Assembly (NCBI GenBank): GCA_963693365.1
Contig: CAVNZM010000007.1
Coordinates: 5,825,962 to 5,889,961 of the forward strand
Source of the DNA: Amoebidium appalachense
Taxonomy: Eukaryota; Protista; Ichthyosporea
Reading direction: 5' to 3'
Length of the DNA: 64,000 nt
Shown here: piece by piece, positions 1 to 26,765 of the stretch
Layout: every line of letters starts with the position of its first letter
Position numbering within the stretch: the stretch's first letter is position 1
Position numbers and translations under genes: made by a program
Notes under the pieces: model-generated
The model's input: the letters and a program-made list of their open reading frames with translations, nothing else
Database searches by the model: none
Told to the model about the DNA's origin: nothing

Positions 1-102
1 GCAGACCTGTCCTACTTGCTTTCAGACTCTCGGGCCGGGTGTTTGCAGACGAATGTGGTTATATGTCAGGGATGAAGGGGCCATATTGAATAGCGAGGGG
101 CA

Positions 103-145
<43 letters not shown>

Positions 146-432
146 CTGAACCGAGAACGTATGTACTACAGAAACATAAAAGTGAAAGCATCTAGTAAGT
201 AACGCTACTGACAATCGTAAGGAAGCGTCTGGAGCAATTTCTAGCTTTTGTGCATAGCATTTTGCGCGGATGTGCCAGCACACTCTATAGCAACAACACC
301 AACAGCAATAATATACAAAATCAATGAATGTGTGCACGCGCACGCTTGCCTTTGTGTTTACGTGGTAACGGGTAGTGAATGGGGTTGGGCTGGGGGGGTG
401 GTTGGTTGTGGAAGTGGTAGTGGCAGTGGTGG

Positions 433-466
<34 letters not shown>

Positions 467-473
467 GACTTAC

Positions 474-1857
474 GAGATCATGCTGCCACCGTGCTTCTGG
501 AAGAGGTCGACATAAGAGTCCATGCGGCCGGCAGTGGTGGGACCAAACGAGCTGTGGAAAGAGTTCAGTCAGGTGTGAGCACACGGAGACCTCTGACTGG
601 AGTGCGATGGGAGGGTAGGGTAGAACATGGCATCAGTTTGTTGCATATCTTCGAGATTTTGGGCTGTTTGTGCAAGAAGAGATTCTGTCGACACGGTGGA
701 TGAGTAGTGAATGGAATGCACTGTGCAACATCCAAGTGCCCCCCCCCCCCCCCCCCCCCTTCCCCCCCCCCCCCCCCCCCCCCCCCCCTCTCACACACAC
801 ACACACACAAAACAAAAACAATTAATATACACAAACAAAGGGCCCGACGTGTCCCCTTGTGATCGTGCAGGAGTGTGTGTATGTGTATGGGACACTGTGG
901 TGAATGTACGTGTCTTATCCTTTTCCATTTCTTTAGTTCGTTCTCTTCTAGTGATTTGTTCAGCTGAGTGTGTGCTTGTGCAATTGTGCGCGCCTGATCG
1001 TATATGGGTGTACGTCCGGGTGTCTTTGGGGGGAAGAGAGAGGGAGGGAGGGAAGCAGGGGGGGGGGGGGGGGATTTAGCATACCCAGAGGCCATGCCGG
1101 TGGGGGTCTTTGCTGGGCCAGCATAGTAGACAATGTGGTCCTTGATGTACTGCAGAGAGATATGGTGTGTCAGCAAGCACAGCAATATGCACTGGGGAGG
1201 AGGGGAGGGGCGGGGGAGGGGGGAGGGGGGAGGTAAAGGGTTTGAGGGGAAGAATGGAGTCTGTGTGTGCAGTTGCATTCAATTCCCATGTGTGGGAAGG
1301 GAAAGATAGACACTAGGACATGTTCACAGATTCAACTAGCAGAATATAGAATATGAAAGACTGTGGGGAAAAGGTGCGGTGGTGGGTGAACGAATGGATG
1401 AGTGCGTGGGTGTGTACATTCAAACCCTTTTGAAAAAAAGGTATGATGATTGTGGGTGGGTGGGTGGGTGGGTGCACTTGCGATTCGTGTATGCGTGTGT
1501 GCAAGTGTGCGCGTATGTACATCCAAATCGGTTTGGAAGACGTGTGGTGGTGATTGTGCTGTGCTGGTGGGTGGATATAATTTTTCAATTTATGCCTGTG
1601 TGTCTCGCCAGGCATGTTTGGGAAAACGAATGGTGGTTATGGGTGGGTGCGTTTTTCGATTCGTGTTTTCATGTCTGTCTGCGCGTGGCGTGTAAGTAAA
1701 ATTTCTGCATATACCTGGGGCAGGCCCTGGCCGGCATCGATCCTCTCCTTGAGCTTGGCGTGGGCAATGTCACGTGCCACCACCAGGGTACCGCTCAGCG
1801 ACAGGCGGGTCTTGATCGGGTACTGGCTCAGCTGCCTGCTCACAACAAAAACATCAG

Positions 1858-1898
<41 letters not shown>

Positions 1899-1901
1899 TG
1901 T

Positions 1902-1941
<40 letters not shown>

Positions 1942-2005
1942 GTTATTATGCAGCACACACAAGTAGATCGCAATGACGAAAAACCGTGTAGGTATGCAAA
2001 GAGAG

Positions 2006-2044
<39 letters not shown>

Positions 2045-2459
2045 GAAGAATCATAGCAAAATTGGGGGGAGGGGGGCCACTGCTGAAACAATGACATTCA
2101 GCTTGCTCGGATGTGTTTGTGGTTCCGCACTCACTGCAAAGACGCCATCCTTGTTTGGATGAGGAGGAAGGGTATGCTCATGGGATTGAAGGAAAATAAT
2201 TATGTTCGTTATTGATACAGACTACTACATATTTGTTGGCAAGTGTGTGCGCACAAGCACAAAGTGTATCAATGGCAAAGCACACGGATGCGCAATTATT
2301 GTAAGCAGGTGAGTGTGAGTGTGTGTGTCTGTGTGGGCGTGAGACCGTGTGTCCAGTTGTGCGTGGGCATGAGGTGTGCATGTGTGCATGTGTGCATGTT
2401 GTGTGTGTCTGTGTCTGTGTGTGTTGGGGGGGAGGAGCCGTAGGGAATGTGTGTTGGCG

Positions 2460-2508
<49 letters not shown>

Positions 2509-2846
2509 GGACTTGAGGATGTCTGCCATGGGCTGGTTGAGGTTCACATTCACCACGTCACTGCCAAGGTCAGACTGCAGAACACACACCCCAGTGTCAG
2601 CCACAACACTTACTGAAAAAATTTCCTTCATTCATTTGTTTACACACACATGCGCATGCATATATGAAAAATGTAAACAAACAAACAGTGCTCACATACA
2701 GAAACTAGCACATGCCTTCACTCCTATCCCTTCCACCCCAAAGTCTCGCAAAGCGCTCTATTCGTCATCCCCATATCCCCCCCCCCCCCCCCCCCCCCCC
2801 CACCACCACCACACACTCCCGTCATTCCCTTTCTCCCCACCCCCAA

Positions 2847-2877
<31 letters not shown>

Positions 2878-3004
2878 GACACACACCTCCGTGATCTCGG
2901 GCAGGTACTTTGCTGGGTTTGTCTCGAGGGCCTCAATGAACACACCTTCCTTGGTCATCTTGCCCAGAGCCTGACGATCGGCACTGCAAGACACACCAAT
3001 GCCG

Positions 3005-3062
<58 letters not shown>

Positions 3063-3429
3063 ACGCGCAAACGTGGAAAAGGCCAGAGGTTAGCAAGAGA
3101 GGCCGGGAGGGGTGAAGGTATGACAATTTGGGGGGGAGAGGGGGGGAAGGGCTTTGAATGCGTCGTAAAGTACGAAGGAAACATGAACAACGAATAACAC
3201 GATGCAGAGTGCAAACCATACATAAAGGGTATGCATAATAATCAGAGCCCATCCTGGGGGAGGGCACGTACAGGGCAGGAGGCGCCGTGGCGGGGCAGAC
3301 GGATGACTCTGACATCGTGGGCAAAGTACTTGCCGCCAAACTGCGCACCAATGCCGGATTTCTGTAGCCCAGCAGGTGTCAGAGTCACAAAGCTACATGA
3401 AAAAGAATGATGTGGCCCAGAGATCAAAG

Positions 3430-3486
<57 letters not shown>

Positions 3487-4452
3487 CGAAACAAACAAAA
3501 AATCCTCAGGGCCACAAGCCAGGGAAGCCTCAGCTAGCTACACAAGCACAAGGGCCACGTGGTGTTATTTCTGAATGGCAAATTTTCTGGAAATACCCAA
3601 ACGTAAATTTCGGGGAATATCCCACCTGGCACAGCTTGTGAACCTGCTATACTATCACACGGACCACATGGTGATATTTCTAAAATATATCCAAACGTGA
3701 ATTTCAGGGAATATCTCACCTAGCACAGCTTGTGGACCTACTATACTATCACACGGACCACATGGTGATATTTCTTAAATATAAATAAACCTGATTTTCA
3801 GGAAATATCTCACCTGGCACAGCTTGTGAACCTGCTCCTCGAGCTCAATGTCCCTGAAAGCCCGGCCGAGGTTGTTGCCTGTGCACACAGTGCCCAAGTG
3901 TCAGCGGAATACCAATAGCATATACAAAAAAAACAAAAAAAACAAATACACACAGACATAGACAAGAACACGGTCACATACAAACACACACGCAAACACA
4001 CAACACCACACCTACGGTGCTCTCCTGGTTACGTGCAATCCTTTGCACACGGCGTAAAGGACATATCGCACATGCAAAAACACACACACACAAAAGAACA
4101 CAAAGATCACACTGAAGCATGCACAGTGCCCTCCTCGAAAAAAGATTCATGGAAACATTCACATGTTGCATAAATGACAAAGCCCCCCCCCCCCCCCCCC
4201 CCTCCCCCTGTCCCCACACACACACACACACACAACCCACCGGTAGTTGGCAGGTCATCATAGTATCTGGCCGAGCCCAGCTTGACGGTCTTCAAGTTCT
4301 GCTCGGCAGACATGCCACCCACCACGATGCTCAGGTGGTAGGGGGGGCAGGCAGACGTGCCCAGAGACTTGATCTGTGCACCACCCCAACCTCTGTGTTA
4401 GTCGTTTTTAAGAGTACATTTGCACTCTGTCGTTTCTTGCTTACTGAAGAAT

Positions 4453-4494
<42 letters not shown>

Positions 4495-4790
4495 CCGCGC
4501 CCCCGGAAGCGCAGAAAACCATCACATGCCCGTACAAAGCAGCTCCCCCCCCCCCCCCCCCCCCCCCTCCCCCTTCCCCAGCGCACACACACATTAAAAT
4601 CACCGAATCCACAAACGCTCACAGGCACACACTACTTCAACTTCGGTATCACAGATTGCCCAACACCCAACAAAGCCCCAATGCCCTGTGTACGCCTGCC
4701 TGTATGTGTGTGTGCATAGGGGTTAAAAGTGGGGGTGGGCGGAGAAAGAGAGCACGACACACGCACACACACACACACACAGAGAAGCGG

Positions 4791-4823
<33 letters not shown>

Positions 4824-4941
4824 GGGGAGAGAGAGAGAGGGGGGGGGGGGGGGGGGGGGAGGGGGGGAGAGAAAGAGAAAGAGAAAGGGAAAGTGTGTGT
4901 GTGTGTGTGTGTGTGCGAACGCACATGCATGTGAGCTCTAA

Positions 4942-5007
<66 letters not shown>

Positions 5008-5504
5008 AAGAGAGCGCAAGGCACACCTTCTCGTCCAGGAACTTCATGAGGGATGTGGGGTTGAGCAGGGCCTTGGTCTGCTGGAACAGGAACGTCTTGT
5101 TGGCTGACCCACCGCCCTTGGCCATGAACAGGAACTTGTACTCGCTGCCTGCTGTCCCGAAAATGTCGATCTGCGCACACATCAAGAAACGATTAATTAA
5201 CAAAGAAGAAAAGGCGGAGAGATCGGGAAGGAAGAAAAAGGGGAAGCAAGGGGAAGGGGGAGGGGGGATGGAGAGGGTATGGAAGGGGCTAAGGATGCTG
5301 GGTGATTGGTAGGTGTTATTGGGAAGCACGTTTATTCTAGTGCATTCACACAGCAGATAGTGGGCTTGTGTGTGTGTGTGTGGGGAGGGGGGGGTACCCC
5401 CCCCCCCCCACACACACCGTAACCACCACCAACAAAAACTATCCCGTGAACTGCAAGACTACGAGATCTAGCTTCACGTCAACACTAGGCCTTATAAGCC
5501 AACA

Positions 5505-5541
<37 letters not shown>

Positions 5542-8500
5542 AAAATAAAAAATATACACCACCACCACCATCAAAAAAACTGCCTCTACCCCTCTCACCT
5601 GCAAGGCTTAGTTTTACGTTTCTACTACGCGGCTTGTATGTGCCAATATACCCCCCCCCCCCCCCCCCCCCAAAACCCCCCGCCTGTGCCCTCCCACCCT
5701 TTCCACCCAGCAAATAACCCAACAGTAACTATGACTGACACCAAACCACCAGCACAGCAGGTAGCCCCCCCCCCCCACCCCTCCCCCTCTTCCCCAACTA
5801 TTCAACTATTGGCAGCAACAATGACTGAAAGCAAACCACCAGCACAGCGCACACGTACCTGGGCCGGCAGGTTGCAGCCAGTGTTCTTCTCCGTGTACAT
5901 GTCCAGAGGAGCCACCTGTGTGAAATGCATCAAGTACATTCAGAATATAGCTCCTAAGGGGCCCCAGTATTCTCGTTAAGTGTACTCAGACAAATCATTT
6001 ACTGCTTTCAGCAAAAAAACACTTATCATTCGCAGTGCCCCCCCCCCCCCCCCCCCCCCCCCCCACACACCACTTTCATCGTTCAGGTATCCCAGAGCAG
6101 CCTCCCGCAACCCTCTGCATAAAAAACAGTGTGTGTGTGTTGTGTCTATCCTCGAAGGTATGGGTACATGTTATTTTGCATGTGCGTGAGGAAGTTTACC
6201 GAGTGTAATAAAAATAAAAGGGGAGACAGGGGAGAGGGGCCTGGGGGGAGGGGGGAGGGGGGAGGAGAGAGAGAAAGTGTGTGTGTGTGTGTGCATGACC
6301 TGAGAGTAGCGTAGGTTCCTCTCCGTGTAAGCACGGAACACACCCTTGGACAGATGCTCCTCGTCGTTGCCGTCCGTCCACACGTTCATGCCCCTCTTGC
6401 CCATCACAATGGCTGCATGCACACGTACACAGTTAGCAAACACAACAGTATCCCTCCGCGTACTAGCAAGAATGGAGAAGTGGAAGAGGTAAGGAAGGCA
6501 AGTACGCAAGGAAGGAGGACAGGTGGGGGAAGGTGTGTGGAGAAAGAGAGGAAGGAGATGAGCGAGAGAGGAGAAGGAGAAGGAGAAGGAGAAGGTGGTG
6601 GTGGTGGTGGTGGTTGGGGGGGGGGGGGGGGGGGGGGGGGGGGAGAGAGAAAAAGAGAGAGCGAGAGAGACAGGGAGAATCCACCACACTCTTCAAGCAC
6701 TGTTTCATACAGACCTTCCCCCCCCCCCCCCCCCTACCCCTCCATCCACCCCCCTCCCCCCGGGTGTCCTCCCCTCCCTCCACCTCCAACCTTCCCATAC
6801 TGCACCCAACCTCCCCTCCCCTCCCCCCCCCCCCCCCCAAAAAAAAAAACTAAACTCAAACACCTGAAGCATCTACACTTTTCACATAAACCCCAAAGGC
6901 CGCAGTATGGAATATGAATTTAATAAAACAGTAAAAAAGACCAATGTTTCACGTCAAAGGGCTCAATAAATAATGTGCTTACCAGTGCCGGTGTCCTGGC
7001 AACCGGGCAGCACCATGCCGGCAGCAATGTTTGCGTTCTTCAACAGCTCAAGGGCAACGAACCTGTCATGAAGAGGGTGTTTTGGGTAAGCATGACGTGG
7101 TAAGTAGTGACATATTACTCTTTTTGGACAAAGGCACTTCAAACCCCCGGGTAAGTGTGCTGTCAAATATGGTCACCTGTCACTGTTTATGGGCAAAGGC
7201 AGCCCCCCCTCCCCTCTCCCCCCATAGCACACACATACTCTTTCATATCATTTCCTTACCCATTCTACTCGTGCTTGCTCGATGTGGAAGAACTGGGTTT
7301 ACAAAACGTAGTGAGGCATCACTGATACTTAGCACAAAAAAATACATAAACCCGTCCCTATAAGTGGAAAGCATACCGGTCGTTCGTGGATGCCTCAGGG
7401 TCCTTGAGGATGTTAGACAGCTGCTGAAGGTGGCCGGGGCGCAGCAGATGCGCAATGTCGATCATGGCTTGGTTGGCCAGGACGGTCAGCGCCTGGGGGT
7501 CAACCTGGAGAACACGGAATGAGAACGCCTTTGTCTTTTGTCACATTATCATCTACCTGGCAAAAAAAAAAAAACAAAAAAAAAAAAAAACGACTGATGT
7601 GTGCCTATGTTAACGTGCTTGGAGTCCCAGAAGGTGAACCTAGGGACTTTTCATCATTACCCCCCCTAAACCGTATGCCCAACAGAAACCCACAACCACA
7701 TGCTGAAGCCCAAACTCAGCCCACAAGCTAACCGGCCCATACCTGAAGAATCTCCCTCCCGTTGACGTTGACGGTGGAGACATAGTCGCTGGTAATCTTC
7801 TTCCAGGGGGTGTCGACCTTCCGGGCCGGGTCATGAGTGAACAGGTCCGTGTAGGCAAACTGCGGCCCTGCGGCGGCATAGTGGCGCTTCTGCAGACCAG
7901 CTGTGGGGAAAGCAGCAATGGGTGAGAAAAAGAGTGCCGGGGAAGAAGCGGGGGAACACAGAGAGGGAGAGAAAGAAGGAGGGGGGGGGGGGGGGGGGGG
8001 GGGAGAGAGAGAGAGAGAGAGAGGGCGGGAAGGGGGGCGAGAGGGGGGTTGAGGGAGGGGGAGGGGGGGGGGGGGGGAGGGAGGGGAGAGAGAGAGCGAG
8101 AGAGCGAGAGAGCGAGAGAGAGAGAAAGAGAGAGTTTTCGGCATGCACGTGTTTGTATGTAAGAACGATGAATGTGGCTGTTCCTTCAAAGAGCATGTGG
8201 TCGTGAGAGCACTTCACATAAAAGAGTAGAAAAGTTAGTGCTGGCCCACGTATCCCTCCCAGCAGGATTGCAGGGTTTTAGAGAGCAATGGGGAATATCA
8301 GCTGCCGGCCTATTGTCTCAAGTCTTTATCCCAGATTCTAAACCTGAATGATGCCTTTGCCCAGAATTGGTTTTTTCGCACGCTAATATAACAGAACGGA
8401 ACTCTTCACAAAAAGCCAAAAAACGCAGTTGTCCACAGCTCAACCTATCAATTATCCTCTTTAGTCACGGGCTCCTGCATTCCATTTCTAGCTCTGCGCT

Positions 8501-8597
8501 GCTGAAGAAACGAACCTGCAGCAGCCACGCGAGCAGGCAGAGATGCGGGGGCTGAAGCCATAGCGCCCTTTACCACAGCGGACGCGTTGGCCAACAT
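474..8597 (-). CDS. Class I (Fe-S) fumarate hydratase, probable mitochondrial precursor; 15 exons in window, 3' end continues past position 1
   Basis: Exons (minus) with GT-AG ends and consistent phases: 8516-8597, 7743-7900, 7377-7504, 6983-7062, 6300-6412, 5859-5915, 5027-5170, 4241-4373, 3814-3878, 3272-3361, 2887-3006, 2513-2574, 1715-1835, 1085-1149, 474-551. FumA/FumB-type motifs: [94 protein letters not shown]. The N-terminus ([27 protein letters not shown]...QKRHYA) is Ala/Arg-rich and acid-free, like a mitochondrial presequence. Confidence 0.95.
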
Positions 8598-8699
8598 CTT
8601 CGCCAGATTCCGTCCAAACCGAGGCCTGGAAGGGTTGGTTTCTGTTTGCTCCTGTGTGCTGGCACTGCAGCAGCTCAAACGGCATGCGGCGTGCCTTTA

Positions 8700-9120
8700 G
8701 AGTTTTTATACCTGCCTCTCCTTTCTCCTGCACCAATCGAAGCCAGTCGAAACCATAGTATAAAAATACAGGAAATAAATGTGTTATTTTAAGTTTGATT
8801 GGGGTTTTGGTGCAAAACAAAGGTGTACAACGGGGTGTGCGGTGAATTTGTAACGAATCTTACTCTTTTTTTTTGCTGGTTAATCATTTTTCGGATGTTG
8901 TAGGGCTTCGAAAATTGATGTTGTTCTGTCCAATCCAATTGGCGCAACAACAACTGTATTTGGCGTTATTTTCTCTCTCTTTTTGGCGCGAACCTGCGGC
9001 CTATAGCTAGCTAGAATTCGGAAATTTCTTTAACAAATAAGCCAGGAACACTGACGTCATCTTAGAGGCAATTTAACCAAATAACAGACATATTCTAGCG
9101 TTATAGAGCAGTCTATTGTA
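8700..9120. promoter_or_regulatory. Probable divergent promoter region between the fumarase and PTB genes
   Basis: AT-rich, repeat-free stretch between head-to-head genes, with several CCAAT/ATTGG boxes (e.g. 8930-8942) and a CRE-like TGACGTCA at ~9052. Inferred from position and motifs only. Confidence 0.4.
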
Positions 9121-9907
9121 GACTAACCAGACTTCGACTGACTCGGAGAACCAGAACAAGGTGAAGAATCATGAGCATGTTCCCTTTATAGGTGGAGTTT
9201 CACAGCGTAATGTATCAGTCATCCTCTCTTCGTTACAGTTAGGAAAGTGCGTTTATTTAATTCTCCACGTTTTGTAAGCTAGGAACCCTGCTCAGGGATC
9301 CCCGTTGTGTTCAACGGACAGCTAGTGAACAAAGATCCAGGAGTCCAGAACTGTGACACGGTGCCTATTATGTTGTGACTTGCCACTACGGACTAAAAGC
9401 ACCTGGTTCCGTAAAATTCACATAGCTCTAGCCCTTGGCAATAGCTAGGAGAGGCTTTGTCACCTTGAGCTGTGGATTGTAAGGGTTTACCAATTCTGAG
9501 GCTACCAATCGACGGCAGTTAATCACTCCTTGGTGCAGCATTCCTAACAAAAGAGGTATGTAGCGCTGCCCCTTGTTGTATGTAATTCCATGCCCGTCGC
9601 CCAGGCTCTTCTCTTTCTGTGTATATAGCGTATTTCCATCATTCCTCCCCTCCCCTCCTCCCTCCCCCAACCCATCCGACCTATCCTTTCCCGGGCCCGG
9701 CCCTCACCGTCCCTTTCCCCTTTTGCATTCGCCCAAGCCTCAGCTTTGCCCGTAGTACCTTCTCCCCACCTCCTTCCTCACATCCCTTTCGTCACCTTTA
9801 TTTCTTCAATTCACTCTGCCCCACCTGCTCCATCCCACCGCTTCTGCCTCGCTTGCCTGCCTCTCCCCTTCTCGCCATTTCACGGCGACCTTGGATTCAT
9901 TAGACCG

Positions 9908-9941
<34 letters not shown>

Positions 9942-10240
9942 ACGCCCGCCTGCCTGCCTTCCTCAAATCAATCGGTCTCCTTGACCTCTTCCTTATACCC
10001 ACCCTTGTCCTCTCTCACACTTGCTTCATTGCTACTGCCCATGCTTGTACGTTCCTCTTCCCTGGGTTCTAATACTCATTACACACGTGTACCATACATA
10101 ACAACACAGCATGCACACAAATGCATACAGAGAGAGAACAAGAAATAGAGGAAGAAAGAAAGAGAGTTCGCGGGGGGGGCCCACTGAGAGAGAGAGTATG
10201 TGTGTCTGTGTGTTTTGGGGGGAGGGGGGGGGGGGGAGCA

Positions 10241-10271
<31 letters not shown>

Positions 10272-10785
10272 AGGGGGGAGGGGGGAAGAGAGAGAGAGGG
10301 AGAGAAGTGAGAAGAGAAGTACATGCAGTCATATGAAAGCACATTATGTGGCATTCACACACACCATGCACACATACAGAACATGCTTTCGTTGGTTCAG
10401 AGATGAAACACTTTACTGTAAATGTGTGAGCCAGCTTGCGGAGAGAATATTTGCCTAGAGGGAGGTGGGAAGAAAACGGGGAATCTGGGGAGTGTGTGGT
10501 GGGGGAGGAGCGGGTATGTTAAGGTGGTGAGGGCTGCCTGGGGATTAGGCGGCGAGATGCTCACAATCATAAACACATGAAAATGGTTCTCTTCCTCCTT
10601 GGCACCCATCTCCTTTTCTTCTCCTTTTTTTTAACCGAGTTATGCATCACCACTCGTTGAGCTGTTGGTTTCGCTTAAAGAGATGTTTGCCTCTGCATTC
10701 GTGTTGGTTTCTCTGGGCTGTGTTTTCTTTGCAACTTCCTCTCATCGCTCTGGTTTCACGGTTGTCACAACCATAAATGCACACA

Positions 10786-10819
<34 letters not shown>

Positions 10820-10933
10820 AGTGTCTTCTGCCCTTCATACTTGCATTGTTTGATTTTCGGTTTCTCATTTTTGTGAAGTTTTGCTGTTGTCCTCTGGTGT
10901 CTCCTTCATATTTCCAACCCTCTAACACATACA

Positions 10934-10978
<45 letters not shown>

Positions 10979-11056
10979 ACACACACACACATCCCCCACC
11001 CCCCCTCTCCCCCTCTCCGCGGGGTGGCCTTCCCTCCTCTGTGCGCCAATTCTGGG

Positions 11057-23654
<12,598 letters not shown>

Positions 23655-24180
23655 TACGTACTGGATTTTATTAATGATTTCATAAATGTTAGGTTGTGAA
23701 TAGTTTTTAAAACAAGTAAAAAGGTAGGAATATTGTAAGGATTTATTAAATAACATGGTGGCATACAGCAGGTATGGCCTAAATGTTGATAATAATAATA
23801 TGTGATGCTGTGAACGTGATTGATGGTTGTTAATAAACATTATGATATAATTATCATAGTGGTGACCGATGGGATTGTGGGTCGCTCATAAAAGAGACTG
23901 GATCGAAGCATATTTGGATATGCCAAAGTGCGCATGAAGAGCAAAACCTAAAGCCAAGGAAACGTGGATGGCTGGGCAGAGAAGTGGGGGTGTCGAGTGG
24001 GGGTTGAGGGGAGGGGGAGGGGGGAAGAGAGGAGGAAGACAGACAAAAAGAGAGAGAGGGAGAGAGAGAGGGATGAAAGACAGAGAAAGCGGGGGGGAAA
24101 GAGAAAGATCCTGACTGACAGAGAGAGAGAGAGAGAGATAAGGTGACAGAGAAAGCCAGGGGGGGGGGGGGGGGGGGGAG

Positions 24181-24215
<35 letters not shown>

Positions 24216-24296
24216 TGTGAAAGCGCGGGGAGGGAGGGGGGGGGGGGGGGGGGGGTCGTCGGGTGTGTGTGTGTGTATCTGTGAAAGCGCGGGGAG

Positions 24297-24333
<37 letters not shown>

Positions 24334-24679
24334 CGTCGGTACTATAGTAGTAGGATCCCCATGGCAGGAAATGTTTGGCACCGTGATTGGGGGTTAACAA
24401 CATTTAGTAAAAGTTTAAATGAAAACCGTTTACGCACCCGGGTTTCAACCCGTCTTCAGACTCTGTATTAGTTTAGTTAGCTCTACATATATATACGTGT
24501 TTTTAAGTATGTACACGAAACCTATTCAGGTTTTACAATATTGCACTATGGTAGATCTGTACATCATCTTGCTTCACAAAACATGCGCTTCTTGGACACT
24601 GATAGGCCCACGTACGCGTGTACACAAAAAAAATAGCTATCGTTATTGTTTTAAGGTTTTGAACAATATGCCTAATATT

Positions 24680-25534
24680 CTACACTCTCGCAAACAGTTC
24701 TGCGTCGGTGGCCGGGACGTTGTCGCCAAACAGGACACTGCCGGGCCGCACCAGGTCCAGACGGGCGCTGGGCACGTCCAGCGTGGCGTAGGAGCTCGCA
24801 GCGTGCAGCAGCAGCGCGCTGCGGTCCAGGCCGCCCTCCCGCACGAGCCACTTGCTTTCCTTGACGAACCGCGCCAGCCCGCCCACCACGGCAGCCTTGT
24901 CCTCGGTGGGGAAGTGCGTCATGATGCCGGCCACGGTCAGCCCGGGCAGCTCGAGCATCTCCAGCGCGTCGGCCTGGCCCTCCTCGCTCCGCACATCCAG
25001 CCACCTCTGCATGCCGCCCGACGACAGGCCCACGTGCACAGCCATGGTGCGGTTGTGTCGCTGCGCCGCGGCCGACACCTGCTGGGCTCCCTCCAGGCTG
25101 GCCACAAGCTCGTCCACACCGAGGCCCAGCGCAGCTGCAGACTCGGCCTCGCCGCCAGTGGCTGGCCGAAGCCGAATGATGCGCCCCGTGAAGTTGCCTG
25201 CACGCACAGCGCGGGCCTCCGCGTTGGTGGCCACCCCCACACAGATGATGTCTGCGTCGATGATGGCCGGCAGCATGGCTTCGATGCCACGCCCGTAGGC
25301 GTTGTGTTTGAGGGCCGGGCACACCACCGGGCCATTGTCGCCAAGAATGTCTTTGAGCGTGTCTATGTTCTGTGCCAGTGCGGCCACGTTTGGCTGCAGA
25401 CAAGTGGCGGCCGAGGGAGCGGAGGGGGAGGAGGAAGCAGTGGGTGCAGCAAAGGCGGCAGTGGCGGCCAAAACAAGGCCAAGGACGGCCGGCAAGAGGG
25501 TGCCGGCGGGCCTGGATGCACTGTAGCGGGCCAT
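24680..25534 (-). CDS. Secreted alanine-racemase-family (Bsr-like) protein, N-terminal PLP TIM-barrel only, copy 1 (284 aa)
   Basis: Intronless and GC-rich. Signal peptide MARYSASRPAGTLLPAVLGLVLAATAAFA. PLP-lysine motif VCPALKHNAYGRG, then CVGVATNAEARAVR, VHVGLSSGGMQR, GIMTHFP, LHAASSYATL and LDLVRPGSVLFGD, which follow the Bsr/Alr barrel as I recall it. Stops 12 aa after the GD. Confidence 0.88.
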   Translation of the reverse strand: MARYSASRPAGTLLPAVLGLVLAATAAFAAPTASSSPSAPSAATCLQPNVAALAQNIDTLKDILGDNGPVVCPALKHNAYGRGIEAMLPAIIDADIICVGVATNAEARAVRAGNFTGRIIRLRPATGGEAESAAALGLGVDELVASLEGAQQVSAAAQRHNRTMAVHVGLSSGGMQRWLDVRSEEGQADALEMLELPGLTVAGIMTHFPTEDKAAVVGGLARFVKESKWLVREGGLDRSALLLHAASSYATLDVPSARLDLVRPGSVLFGDNVPATDAELFARV

Positions 25535-26765
25535 TTTTGCGTAAACGTAGAGCGTTAGGATGAGATATTGGGAGATGGAGCTGGGTTGATATATCGAGGG
25601 GAAACGCTGATAAGTATGTGTAGCTATGCTTAGGGGCATACTCGTACACAGACTACACTATGAAGCGACTGATCGGATTGAATTCGAAGTGAACTGTTTG
25701 GTAACTCTCCTCGGAGTCCAGCTTTATATATCCCCAGCAAGAAACAGATATCCAATCGTAATCAAGAGATCTGTTTGTTTACATTCCGAGATCTCGAGTT
25801 AAAAGCTAAAAATAGCACAGCTATCACAAGCGCAGTTCTATCCTACGTAGCTCTCTCTCCTTCAAAACGTGGGTACAAAAGCCAGACCATTAACCCAGAT
25901 ATATTTTTGTTACATTATATTCTACATAAGTAATTGCTAAAGCACGGATAAGGCTGTCGGTTTCTATCACGTTAGTTCACTTATTGTAAGATGAATTACT
26001 GAACGGAGTCAGAGTGACGTCGGGGCCGTGCGTTGCTTTTCGGAATGTCAGCAGGAATGTGATGTGATGCTTACAATACGGAATACTCCCATTGAATGTG
26101 TGATTGGAACCACCAAGCTGTCTGGTGATTGGCCCGAAGTTCTCTGGGCACGTCGCTGTGTCGTGCTGTGTACTGACACTTGAATGACGCAGCTGCAGCG
26201 TGGGGCTGCGACGCAAAGGAAAGGAAAAAAATGCACGCCATGGGAGGAGGCGCGGTCAGCCTACTGTACGTTCGCACGCTTACTTTTTTTACATCTCGCT
26301 GTTGTATGCGTATTTGCTTGTCGCTGTGGGCCTGTGGCGTCATGGCATGATATGTAATCTGTTGATAAACAATGCGACATCGAAATGTGATGGGAATATG
26401 AATTTGAACACGGATGAAAGTCGGATTGGGGACGGATGGTCACAGCTTTCGTTGACAAGAAATAAGTTTTGGACAAGGAAAAGACTGAGGACGCCAGGTC
26501 CCATTTACATCGTGATGTTTATTGATCTGGGGGGCTTCCGTGTCTGGGGTGACTCGATGTATATCTACGTCACAACAAACCAGCATTTTCGATATGATTG
26601 GCTAACTACCGCAATCTGAAAACTATATAACTTGAGGGCTGCTGGGGCCATCAACATCAGTCGCAACAAACACAGCAAAAACTCCGTGGCACCATCAGAA
26701 CTCTTTAGCTCCGTTTCGATCCATCTCAATAACCGCATTCCCAACACACTCCTCCGTAAGCCACA

